In this document: piece by piece, positions 23,197-35,204 of the stretch
Numbering within the stretch: position 1 is the stretch's first letter
Layout: each line of letters opens with the position of its first letter
Assembly: GCF_006345805.1 (NCBI RefSeq)
Contig: NC_043003.1
Span: forward strand, 100,254,001-100,318,000
Direction of reading: 5' to 3'
From: Octopus sinensis
Lineage: Eukaryota
Length of the DNA: 64,000 nt
Program-made: the position numbers and the translations under genes
The notes under the pieces: generated by a model
The model's database searches: none
Seen by the model: only the letters and a program-made list of their open reading frames with translations
Told to the model about the DNA's origin: nothing

Positions 23197-23739
23197 TATA
23201 TCTATTTATATATAATGTCAGTGTGAAAATAATTCCAAACATAGTAGACTCGGTAAACATTTTTCGTACAGTAGTTTCAAAACCACACACACACACATAT
23301 TTTCAAATATTAATTAGAAGTAGCACCAGTGTTGTACATACCATCCACCACAGGTACTCAACGTATGTGTTTTGCTAGTTTGCTGCAGGCTGCCGGTAAA
23401 CAAGCAAACGTATATATATTGAGTATGTGTGGTCGATGATACACATATATAGAAATAGAGAGAGAGAGAGAGGTAGACAAAATAAACATCAAATACGCTT
23501 TGCATTCAGTAGAAACTGCGGTCAATATAAAGACCTTCACCAGGGAACAAAAAAAAATAAAATAACCAGCCTGAGGGGTGGTGAAAAGTGAAGGTGGGGT
23601 CGAAATTTTGAAAATGCGATTCTTGAAATTTTTTTTTCAGAATCGGAGCCTCAAAAAAATCAATATATATCCATTTTACCCGAAGTTCAGAGTGCAAAGA
23701 ACTGCTCCACGTCGCTTGCACGACAGGTCTCCTTCTTTG

Positions 23740-24280
23740 CCTTAGATTTTAAGGTTATTTGAAGTTAGCAGGAGGTCGGCAACAGACAACTTTTCTTGGT
23801 TAGTGCTCCAGAGTTCTCTCCAGCACAGTGGTAACTTGAATGCATGGGCCCACTGTCCCTTAGTGAACCCTACTGCTTTTACATAATGATCTTATGCTAC
23901 CTCTTGAACTTTCTGCACTATCAGCCCTCTCTTGCCTCTAACATTGATATTTCTCCACCTCTTAATGCTTTAATTATCAAGTCCTAGCTGTAATTGAAAG
24001 ACTACTTCAACAATCTACTGGGGTACATTTCCACTTCTTTCAAAGCTTTGTGGGGCTTCCATTTCCTGCCACTTTCAACAGTCTTGTTAGTGTGTCTCAC
24101 ACTTTCATCCTCAGATGTATTGATTGTTCTTACTTTAGTGGCTTCAAATTCCTCCACCATTGATAGAATTAGAAAGTAGAGGATGTACAGGATGACCAAG
24201 CTGAAAGTTGGAGGAACACCAAGCCTTCTTTGCATGAATTTTCTGCACAATCTCTCCATTGCCTCCACCTGAATCATGTT
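23740..24280 (-). mobile_element. Diverged HERO-like RLE retrotransposon fragment
   Basis: MERLCRKFMQRRLGVP...ESGRKWKPHKAL parallels the KWLGLP...RTGRKWKAEEAV region of the 26507-27058 ORF. Confidence 0.6.
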
Positions 24281-24499
24281 AAAATCATAAAGCTGGTGTG
24301 GCCACTGCAGTCAGTTAGAGTAAGAAACACCATACCTTAAACCTTCTAAGTAATTAGCTATTGTCATTGAAACTATTGCACAAAATTATATATGTACTAT
24401 AGTTTCAAAAGACAATTATATATATATCATTTAATGTCCGTTTTCCTTGCTGGCATGGGTTGGACAGTTTAATAAGATCTGGCAGGTTGCATAGGAATC

Positions 24500-24912
24500 C
24501 AATATCAGCAAGGATGTTTGATCGAATACTAAGAAATTAGAACTTTTTATAATACAATTGAAGAGTGGAGAAATCGTACATTTTCAGAATTTATCTAAAA
24601 GAATTTCCTGTCAACTTTGAAAAATACACTAAATTATGTGAAGCTTTGTTAGATTTTACGACCAGATTTTCTGACTTCAGAAAGACAGAAATTGAACTAA
24701 AATTGTTGAGTGATCCATTTTCATTTATTTATGTGGAAGTCCCAGCCAAATACCAGTTAGAACTCATTGAGCTTCAAAGTAGAGAATTTTTGAAAACTTA
24801 TAGAAAACATGGCCTTCTTGACTTTTACAAGAAATTGCATTCTTTCAATGAATTTGATCAAATTGCTAATTTAGCTAGAAAACTATTGTGCATGTGGGGT
24901 AGTACATACTGA
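24500..24912 (+). mobile_element. hAT (Charlie/SPIN, GTF2IRD2-like) transposase C-terminal fragment
   Basis: RFSDF...DPF...QLELIELQ...F(Y)KKL...LLCMWGSTY is characteristic of the hAT dimerisation region. Stops at the palindrome. Confidence 0.75.
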
Positions 24913-24915
24913 ACT

Positions 24916-25341
24916 CTAATATATCATTTAAAGGGACTTTGAAATCATCACCATCGGTTAACGTCTGTTTTCCATGCTGGCATGGGTTGGACGGTTTGAC
25001 TGAGGACTGGCAAGCCAGTAGGCTGCACCAGGCTCCAATTTTACCACGATTTCTACAGCTGGATGCCCTTCCTAACACCAACCACTCTGAGAGTGTGGTG
25101 GGTGCTTTTTACATGTCACTGGCACAGAAGCAAGCCAGTGACATGTAAAAAGCACCCACCACACTCTCAGAGTGGTTGGTGTTAGGAAGGGCATCCAGCT
25201 GTAGAAATCGTGGTAAAATTGGAGCCTGGTGCAGCCTACTGGCTTGCCAGTCCTCAGTCAAACCGTCCAACCCATGCCAGCATGGAAAACAGACATTAAC
25301 CGATGGTGATGATTTCAAAGTCCCTTTAAATGATATATTAG
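24916..25341. repeat. Fold-back palindrome of a 5'-truncated RTE-tailed SINE plus ~30 nt of flank; arms 208 bp, 10-nt loop
   Basis: Arms 24916-25123 and 25134-25341 are reverse complements with one mismatch seen (acgtc vs acatt). Confidence 0.97.
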
Positions 25342-25648
25342 GTTTTCGATATTGTTAATACTTTCTTTCTATATACATATGTATTGTAATATGTTTCTTC
25401 CAACCACATGATTTTGTGTTCAGTCCCACCATGTGGTAACTTTAGCAAATATCTTCTATAGCCCCAGACTAACCAAAACCTTGTGAGTGGATTTGTTTAA
25501 TGAAAGCTGAAAGAAGTCCATGTGTGTGTGTGTCTCTCTCTTTGTCTTGACATCAGGTGATTGTTGTAAATGAATGTCATATTCTGCAAAAAAGGAAGGG
25601 CATAGCAAGTGCAAGTATCAAATGTAATCCAAGCAGCTAACAGGAAGG

Positions 25649-27240
25649 AATTCCAACCATGTTTTGTGGTTCGCTACCTCAACTGGATCCAGTGGCTAAA
25701 GACATCATCAGGAGGAACCACGTCCAGTTTCAGCCCCTACTCCTCTACTGTTTTCCACGTGATGGGCCCCTTACTTTTGGAGGTGTCGTCAGCTCTGGTG
25801 TTGAGTGCGTTTCTTCTTTCTCCTTTTTCCTTCTGTTCTTTGGTTTCTTTGATGCAGCGTCAACGAATGTCAGCAGGTGACTGATCATCCTCCCAAATTT
25901 CCCTTTAAATACTTACCGGTAGCAGCCAATACCAGCTAACTGTCACTGACACTGTCTAAACTTCAACTGACTAATGGAGGGGAAGGGTGCGTGTTCCATA
26001 GGGTTAAGTCCAGTCTTTTTGTTGTTTTTATGAGTGGAAATATTAACAGTCTTTCCAAATCCGTAGCCAGTTCTCAGTATCCCTTCCATCTTCTGTCTGT
26101 CTTGTATATTTTATTTGAAGGCCTGGCTTTATATCCTTTTCCCTCCTTCTAGAAGTATATTTTTCTGTGCTTTTCCACTTTTGGGTATTTTCCCCTATTA
26201 TATCCCTCAATCTTCTCCTTGAGTACTGTTCTTATGTCACCGAGAACTTGATTGTGATGCCATGTATATCTGTCTAGTGCTAGCCTGCAATTTGACAAAA
26301 CATCTCTCACCGTCGCTTTCTCTCTGCATCTACATTCATCAGTTGTTTGTATGTTCCAGCGGACTAAATTCGCCAGTGAAGGTAAAACATCGAAGGTAGA
26401 CTTGATCAGGAAGGATGTTCTTGCTTGTTCCCAAGCCCAAAGTTCCTTCCTTGAGATTCTGCAACTGACCACATATTCCTCCCATCTTGGGCACTGTCCC
26501 TGTTAACTACATTGCACCAAATGTACATTTCTCCTCCTTTCTCACTTTATACACCACTGCCTCTTTCATTTCTTTTACACTGCTCATGCAAAATGGCTTG
26601 AAATTATGCAACCCTAGACCGGCTCTTGCTTCTTGCTTCGCTCCGACTATATCTGCATGCCTTAGTTTTCCGATTGCCCTGTTTACTGCCTCTTCCGCCT
26701 TCCATTTCCTCCCTGTTCGTACCTTTGGAGGGTTTTCCCAGATGCTCTGATCTTTAGAATACCTTTGCATCATTACTGTCCTTGCCTTTCCTACCTTATA
26801 TTCTTCAGCGATTGATGTTATCGGTAGTTGCACCACGGGTTTTCCATATAGTGCAGTTGTAGTCAGTGGTTTCGGCAGACCAAGCCATTTTCTGATAAAC
26901 ACACTGCATCTTTGTTCCATCCTTTCTACTCTACTCGAGGCTACTTTGTACATTTGCAATGGCCACATTATCCTTGGATACAGTCCAAATTGCAGTATCC
27001 AACATTTGAATTTCCCCACTAATGTTGTTCTGTCAACTGCCTTTAGTCCTTGTTCCACTAAATCGTGTGTTTCTTTGCTTTGCTTCTTGTCATTTAGTAA
27101 ATCTCTGTACTATCTACTGAGACTCTTTACTGGTTGTTCTTTCACTGTTAGTATGTCTTCACTTCCTATCATGATTTCACTTCTTTTTGGATTCCTTTCA
27201 CAAAAGCCACACTTTGAGATTTTTTGGTTTTGAATTTCAT
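25649..27240 (-). mobile_element. HERO/NeSL-like RLE non-LTR retrotransposon, 5' truncated
   Basis: WILQFGLYPRIMWPL..KWLGLP (RT thumb), zf-RVT region, CCHC knuckle CRC...VLSNC, start of the RLE domain (deleted), then a 3' UTR shared with 42107-42460. Confidence 0.85.
25697..25750 (-). ncRNA. Candidate non-circularly permuted hammerhead ribozyme (copy 1)
   Basis: CAG-UA-GAGGAG UAGGGGCU-GAAA-CUG GACGUGG UUCCUC-CUGAUGA-UGUCUUUA. Core strands intact and three stems can form; pair 10.1/11.1 is U-U. Confidence 0.6.
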
Positions 27241-27639
27241 TCTTGCCTATCCTAATAGCAAGTTCAAGTATCAAATGTGGTTCAAACAACTGACAATATG
27301 AACAGCAGGGAAATTGTTCTCCTGGAATCCCTGAGCCATGGCGACCGAAGTGGAGATTAGGGTTTAAAAGGGTTTCATAGATTTATTGGAGAGGTGGATG
27401 AAGGTTGTGGGGAGAATGTGATAAGTGAGAAGAAGGATAGAAAGAGAGAAAGTCAAACATGCATTAAGAAGCTCTATTAACTTTGGTTGTTAGTAGGTTT
27501 ATATTTGAGTCACCTTGTAGAAGAAAACACAAAAATGATTTTTAAATGTATTTGCATATAATTAACATATTTTTCAGCCTTGTGCTGAACTGTAGGGTTC
27601 AGGAAACTGTGTAAAAAGAACACACTAGGCAACATAGTC

Positions 27640-27840
27640 TTTTATTCTTTTACTTGTTTCAGTCATTTTACTGTGGTCATGCTGGGGCACCATCTTTAGT
27701 CGAGCAAATTGACCCCAGAGACTTATTCTTTGTAAGCCTAGTACTTATTCTATCATTCTCTCTTGCTGAACTGTTAAGTTACAGGGATGGAAACACACCA
27801 GCATTGGTTGTTAAGTGATGTTGGGGAACAAACACAGACA
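27640..27840 (-). mobile_element. 3' half of tRNA-derived SINE
   Basis: Reverse complement of the 23000-23190 sequence. Confidence 0.75.
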
Positions 27841-27876
27841 CATAAACATATACATACATATATATGTGTATATATA

Positions 27877-28204
27877 TGGCTCAGTGGTTAGAGCATCGAG
27901 CTTACGATCGTGAGGTTGTGAGCTCGAATCCCGGACCAGGCTGCGTGTTGTGTTCTTGAGCAAGACACTTTATTTCACGTTGCTCCAGTTCACTCAGCTG
28001 TAGAAATGAGTTGCGACGTCACTGGTGCCAAGCTGTATCGACCTTTGTCTTTCCCTTGGATAACACTGGTGGCGTGGAGAGGGGAGGCCGGTATGCATGG
28101 GCGACTGCTGGTCTTCCATAAAACCACCTTGCCCAGACTTGTGACTAGGAAGGTAACTTTCTAGGTGCAATCCTATGGTCAGTGTCGTGACCGAAGGGGG
28201 TCCC
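27877..28204 (+). mobile_element. Second tRNA-derived SINE family
   Basis: A box TGGCTCAGTGG (27877-27887), B-box-like GAGCTCGAATCC (~27920-27931), then tgttgtgttcttgagcaagacacttt central domain. Confidence 0.8.
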
Positions 28205-28229
28205 AGATCCCAGATATATATATATATAT

Positions 28230-28299
<70 letters not shown>

Positions 28300-28304
<5 letters not shown>

Positions 28305-28455
28305 GCTTCATTCAGTTTCTGTCTGCCAAATCCACTCACAAGGCTTTAGTTGGCCCGTAGCTATAGTAGAAGTCCCAAGGTACCATATAGTGGGACTGAA
28401 CCTGGAGCCATGTGGTCGGTAAGCAAGCTACTTACCACACAGCCACTCCTGCACC
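28300..28455 (-). mobile_element. SINE head (5' part), same family as 22808
   Basis: Reverse complement aggtgcaggagtggctgtgtggtaagtagc... Confidence 0.8.
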
Positions 28456-28470
28456 TAAAAGTCTGAGACA

Positions 28471-28575
28471 CTTACAGCACCTAAGTTTCCCAAGCAGTCA
28501 CCCATCTAGGCTCAACGTTGCTTAACTTCGGTGATTGGATGAGAACCAGTGCTTTCATCGTGATATGGCCGTATA
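28471..28575 (-). pseudogene. 5S rRNA pseudogene with ~11-nt internal deletion
   Basis: TACGGCCATATCACGATGAAAGCACTGGTTCTCATCCAATCACCGAAGTTAAGCAACGTTGAGCC-TAGATGGGTGACTGCTTGGGAAACTTAGGTGCTGTAAG matches metazoan 5S but lacks GGTTAGTACTT. Confidence 0.9.
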
Positions 28576-29843
28576 TAAAAAAAAAAGTATATGATGGTCA
28601 GAAATGGAATGCTTTTGGCCACAGTTCTCTTCTGTCAGAACTAACGTTGAAGTTAATCAACTATAAAAACTTACATGATTAGTGTCTCTCATATTACAAG
28701 AAATATCAGAAATCATTTTACAGAAAGGTTTTTACTATATTAAAAAAATGGAATGATGCTTTTGATAATAAAATTGTAGATCCCACTAAAAAGATGGAAT
28801 GAACATAGTTGAACTGTCTTTGACCATGGGTCTACTTGATTATGTTTGACTTGGGGTGCTGAACAACTACAATCTGCTGGTCATGACCACTATCATGTTT
28901 GGAACTATCTCTACAATTTGATGATGTTGCTCAATACTAAGACATAGCAAAGTACATGCTAAGTGTTTACATATCCTCCTTATTATCATCATCATTGAAA
29001 TGTCAATTTCTTTATACTAGTATTGACAAGTCTTCTGTTCAATCTTGCGTCATCTGGACGTGTAGCTCGATATTTCTCAGTATCACGTCACTACTTTTAC
29101 CCCTTTTACTATTGGTTGCTCACATCATGTTTTCACTCAGCATTCATATCATACATCCATTGTTAGTTGGTTCATTTCTTACACATAGCGGGTATGTTTA
29201 TTGTCTGCTCATCTGCTCAGTATCTGATCATCTTTTTTCTCTAGCTTTCATGCAAATTAACATTACTCATTCAATGGATCCTACTTAACTATTTTCTCCA
29301 TCTAGAAATCTAATACATTTAACATCAAGTTTTGTTATTAAGCTGTGAGTCATACATCTTTCTTAAATTTTTGCATAGTGTAAGAAATCCTTTATTGCTA
29401 ACATATGCAACAACGTTTTGAAAGTCTTTAACTTCTTTTTACATTCTCTACTACATATTTTTTTCAACCACTTCCATCAGTAATGAACTCATCCCAGCAA
29501 CCACATACACATCATTGTTATTTAATTTCCCTGTTCCATACAAACATGCATTGGACAGTTTGATAGCATCTGATGGGCCCAAGTATTGCTCCAGTGTCTG
29601 CTATGATGTGGTTTCTGTAACTGGATGCCCTTTCCAATACCAACTGTTTTACAGTGTGCACAGAATGCTTGCTTTTTATATGGTACCAGCAGTTGTGAGG
29701 TTGCTATGCAGCTTGCAAGACTGCTAACACTGGAGGAGGCAGCCTTATGCTAGATGATGAGAGGGGTTTAGTAAAGAAATTGTTTTGTTTCCATTATGAG
29801 TGAGAGGTTTCAACTCAACTAATTTAATATTTATGTATTGCAG

Positions 29844-30003
29844 CAGAACTGATGGTTGACAAAGCAATGGAACTGAAGTATATTGGTGGAGTTTTTGGTG
29901 GAAACATTAAGCCAACACCGTTTTTATGTTTAGTATTGAAAATGTTACAGATTCAACCTGAGAAAGATATTGTTGTTGAATTCATCAGAAATGAAGATTT
30001 CAA
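29844..30003 (+). CDS. PRPF38A: PRPF38A coding exon 2
   Basis: (A)ELMVDKAMELKYIGGVFGGNIKPTPFLCLVLKMLQIQPEKDIVVEFIRNEDF(K); ttgCAG acceptor, GTAAGT donor; phases match exons 1 and 3. Confidence 0.97.
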
Positions 30004-32143
30004 GTAAGTAAAAACAAGCAGTTTCTGTTGGTGGACAACAATGAGCCTATAAAGAGGCCTAAATGTTGTGGCTCAGATCTACTAATCTTGCATTGGATAA
30101 GTTAATCCTTGATTAACTATTCTTGTAAACAAGTTGTGTCACATTTGGAACACTTCTGATCTGGTCTGGTCAATCAAAGTTTGCCTAAAGATAAAAGCAA
30201 CTACTATTACTATTGTGGGGCCAACAAGGAAATCTCTACATGATTGATCAATCTGTTAGAAATAACTGTCAGGTCCCCATAAAATCACATTCTGTAGGGC
30301 TGACCTGAAGGTGAAAAAAACTATTATCTTTCTTCAACGATGGGTTCTGCATAAAACAAAACTTTTCTTATTAGTCATTGTTTGATCTTTTTCTTTTTTT
30401 TTTCTCCATCATATAACTATTTCTGGTTATCTTAATTCTTCTTTTCTTTCTCAAATCACACTGTATCATCTTAAAGTGGAAAGGACACATTAGATAAAAT
30501 AGCCCTCAGTAGTCTGTCTAAAGATAAAACAAAGTCAAGGTTGGTACCTATAATCAGATCTGGCTCAAGAGTCAGATAAGAATTTGTTTCAAAAATTAAC
30601 GTAGTTATGTCCCCTTATCTTGCCTAATAAATTAGTGAAGCTATTTTGTAACAAATGAAAATAAAAAAAAACCTTTTTCCTCATTAGTTAATGGATTAAC
30701 AGTAAAGCAAAGAGAATTCTTTGATCTCAATTTCTGTTCATTAAAAATGAATTTTAAAACTATTTCTTGCCTTAACTTCCTCTAAAAACTCAGTAACCTC
30801 ATTAAGTGAAAAATTTAAAACCCTCCTTCTCCTCTACATGTCTAAACTATTTAGATGTTTGTGTTTGTTTCTTTATTTAGTCTCCCTGTTGGCAGGATGG
30901 AGGTATGTGGTCTATCACCCGAAATTCTATGGATATAAGCAAAAAAAATCAATCTTAAATTCTGTTACATTATCTTGGTTTACTGTGATTTTCTATCATA
31001 TCAATCTTTCATCATCATTAAGATGTGAGGTCAATCAGATGCAAAGCAGGATTATAATTAATTTGTTGTGCTGTTTTCCTGTAACACTCTCCCAGAGTTG
31101 ATAAAATGCCCACTCACTGTAGTCACCCTTATGCACCCTACATTTATCCCTTCACTGTTCCTACACCTTGCATATCATTCCCCTACTTCAGATCTATACT
31201 TCCCGAGCTATTATCTCTCCCACCTTATGTCTCTCCATACTGATATTTCCTATTAGCCACACCTCCACTCTTGTTCATCAGTCACTACATTCACCTCTAC
31301 CCCCATTGCTATGCATCTGTTACTCTCCCCTTACACTCTTATAAAAGCAACCACTCTCTCCTTCCCTCCCATGAAACACTGTCCATATCCTCACTTACAC
31401 TCACCTTCTTGTACCTTGGGAGTTTGCTTTGGAATTCCATCACTGCCTTCTTTTACCTTCTTCCCAATTACTCCCACTTGCCCCTATATAATGTGAGGTA
31501 ACTCTCTCTCTCTCTACACACACACATATATATATATATATACTACTACTACTAAAACTCTGTGATTGCTTGCTTGTGTGCATGCTTGTTTGTAATTTAA
31601 TTCAGCCAAACTGGTGCATAATGGGAAAATATTCTGAAAGTAAGGTACCCCTGAAATGTGAAAACAAACAGAATAAAACGAGTTTCGTGTAAATCGGACC
31701 ATGGATTCCCAAAATACGTGGTTTTTTGGGGGGGTACCTTCATAAATAGCCAGAATGGCACATAATGGGAATATACTTCAAAAGTAACATAACCTTGAAA
31801 TGGGAATATAAAATACTGTGAAAATGGTTTCATTAATTTTATGTTTACGTTATATTACAATTCCTTTTGCATTTTTGTAGATGTATGCACATATGCCATA
31901 AATAAATGCTGTTACTGGAGTTCAAGTTTATCCTGGAAGTTCTGTTTCTATTAGATGCTGTAAATAATCAATAAAACCTTAAATATGAACTTGTAAACCA
32001 GAAATATTTAACTGAATCATCATAAAATTAACTTTCATTTCAATACAAGATTGAAATCAGCTTCCATTCTTCATAACCTGAACTGTCAGTGACCCAATGG
32101 TTCATGGGTAGTCTACTATATATATATATATATATATATATAT

Positions 32144-32311
32144 GAGGGAATATTATTCCAAACTTACAGAGAAAAATTCAATTTAGAAATACTAAATCAA
32201 ATTTCACAAAATATAATATATATATATATATGAGGGAATATTATTCCAAACTTACAGAGAAAAATTCAATTTAGAAATACTAAATCAAATTTCACAAAAT
32301 ATAATATATAT
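32144..32311. repeat. Perfect tandem duplication, 88-bp period, embedded in (TA)n
   Basis: gagggaatattattccaaac...ttcacaaaatataata starts at 32144 and 32232. Confidence 0.9.
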
Positions 32312-32314
32312 ATA

Positions 32315-34301
32315 CTAGCTTAAGGTGACCAGCTCTACGCACGGGTAAGAGTGTGGTTGTTACTTTCTGTTGCTTCCTTTCAGCATGTAAAAAGCACCAT
32401 CCGAACGTGGCCGATTGCAGCGCCACCTTGACTGGCTTCTGTGCCGGGGGCATGTAAAAAGCACCAACCGATCGTAGCCGCTGCCAGCCCCCCTGGCACC
32501 TGTGCTGGTGGCACGAAAAAAGCACCCACTACACTCACAGAGTGGTTGGCGTTAGGAAGGGCATCCACCTGTAGAAACACTGCCGGATCAGACTGGAGCC
32601 TGGTGCAGCCTCCTGGCTTCCCAGACCCCGGTCAAACTGTCCAACCCGTGTTAGCACGGAAAACGGACGTTAAACGATGATGATGATTCTCCCTCTTTGT
32701 TTCTCTCTCCTTTCTCTCTCACTTTCTCACTCTCTTACTTTTCTTTTCTCTCGGACTCTCCCTCGCTTTCTCTTACTCTCTATCTTTATCTATCTCTCTC
32801 CCATTTATAAACAACAAAAGATCTTGAGTAAGTTGAGAAATAAAATATTTTGAAAGATCAATCATAAATATCAGGCAGTGACAACGGAAAGGTCTGCTTC
32901 AAGGCAGACAGCAAAACACTAACATTTAAAAGGGACAGACGAACTTGCGAGCTGAATAAAAATAATAAAATATTGGAAACCAAAGTTTGAAGGGATAGAA
33001 TCTGAGGATAGTAGAGTCACCCTGGCTGGCATTTCTTAACGACGGACAGCAACGTATTGACAGTTTAACGGCTGGCGTAAAATTTTGAACTTGATGTAAA
33101 AGAAAATTCCTAAACACCAAGTTTTGAAGTGATTGTTTCTTACGACAGTAGACTCACGATGGCAAGCATTCAAAACTTCTTCGTCATGGACGGCAACACA
33201 TTGGCGGTTAAAAGGCTGGCGCAAATTTTTTAGCTTGATGTAACAGAGAATTCCTAAACACCCACTCCTTTAAATTTTAATCCCCTTCCAGTCCCATTTA
33301 GACCCCTTTTCACATTTTGGTTAATATAACCCGATTTCATTCGGGTCTACTGGGGCCAAATTTTACAAGATGAGGAATTTTGTCCAGCACTTTTAACATA
33401 GGTGTGCATATTTTCAGCTCAACCGACCACATAATGCACACATTATATATATATGTATGTATATATATGTGTGTGTGTGTGTGTGCGCACGCATTATATA
33501 TACAAATGTATACAATTTATATATATATGTATAAATTAAATTAGAGATAAAACCACTAATAGGCAAATCAAACAGTGAAAAACATAAACCAAAACAAAAA
33601 TTAAAATATAATATACAAAATATATAAAATATAAAATTGAAAAATTTAAATTATTTATATTTAAAATTAAAATTATTAATTTATATTTATAATTTTAAAA
33701 AAAATATATATAACTATCGAACAGTATTAAAAAGTTTAATATGCATAAATACAGATATATACACTTTGTATATATACATTATATATACATATTTATATAT
33801 AGAACACACACACATATATAAATTAACCCAATAAATATCTGATTCATAAATTTGTTCTCATGATTGTGTGGTGGTGGTGGTGCTGGTGGCGATGATAATT
33901 CCCTCTATGAATGCAGCGCTGTCGAAGGCGGGGAGGGGGGAGATATAGAACGCCGTGACACGACGTTATAAAGAGAAAGTGAAGGTAAGAGAGTTAGACG
34001 CCATGAAACGACGTTATATATAGAAAGTGATGGGAAGGGAAGAAAGAGAGTGAGTGACGGAGGAAGACAGATGCATAAAAATATGAGAGTAGACTTGTCA
34101 AAGTGCGCTTTTGGCCCTAGCAACGACACCTTTTAAGATGGGGATTTCTAACCTAGCCCACTAACATCCTCACCTCATTTTACATGTCCCTGTAAAATTT
34201 TGGAGTCAATCCGACGGGATCTAGTGGCCTTTAACCCGTTCTCAATGCCAAAACCAGACAAACAAACAAACTTTTCGCATTTCAGATTTATAATATAGAG
34301 A
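32315..34301 (-). mobile_element. Non-autonomous Helitron
   Basis: Minus strand begins A|TCTCTATATTATAAATC (34301) and ends with a GC-rich subterminal segment plus CTAG|T (32318-32315): canonical TC...CTAG termini in an AT target. Confidence 0.7.
32380..32690 (+). mobile_element. RTE-tailed SINE nested in the Helitron
   Basis: Internal ~65-bp repeats (aaaagcacc...) and 3' tail aaaacggacgttaaacgatgatgatga. Confidence 0.85.
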
Positions 34302-35204
34302 TAAGATTAGAAAAAACCCCACCTTTTATCAATTCAATAATGAAAAATTAAATTATACCATTTAGAAAAATTAAATATAGAAAGATTAAATATAAGATAA
34401 AACATATAACAATGATTAATTAATTTGCAAAAAAAGTAAATAAAACGTATATATTTGGTAGAATGACACATGATTCATGGCTATATTTAAGAAATGATAA
34501 TAGTAATAATAATAGTAAAATCACTTCAATATAAATATAGCCACTCTTCAGGTTAAAGAAAAAAACAATAAAATAATTAATTAGATAAATTAATAAATAT
34601 ATATAAATAATCTTGTAAAATACGAAATATCTTAACAAATATATTCTTGTTTAAATAAAAAAAATAGAAAAAAAATAAGATACAATTAAAATATTTAAAA
34701 CAAATATATATATATATAAATAAAATACAAAATATACATTAATTGAAAACTAAATACTATAATTTAATCTATGTACATTAAATTAAATTATTAATTAATT
34801 TATTTATTTAATAAACATCTAAATAAAATCTTATACTCATTAAGTAATTTATACCAAAAACCTTAATGTTAAGTAATATACATAATGTTAGTACAAGCTA
34901 TAAATATTAGAATTAATAATAGGAAATGGTTTAAATATATACACACTTATTAGATAAACTAACTATATTATAAATATATGTGTAGTATATATAGATTTAA
35001 CTTCTTACTCAATTATATAGTTGACCAAAATATCAATTAATATTAAACTAATTTACTTAAACGTGATACTACATAATAAATAGACCACCTAACTCTTAAT
35101 ATATTGTCTTACAAAACTAACTCTCAAATTAAATTATATGTAATTTGTAAAATCACATTATAAAATTAATAATAATCATAAAAACATAATAAATAAATAG
35201 ATAT

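Noticed and set aside
24565-24912. 115-aa ORF as a host GTF2IRD2-like gene
   Set aside because: Isolated hAT transposase fragment in an intron, with no splice context and truncated at both ends.
27994-28422. IYIYIY ORFs (also 1454-1642)
   Set aside because: Translation of (TA)n microsatellites.
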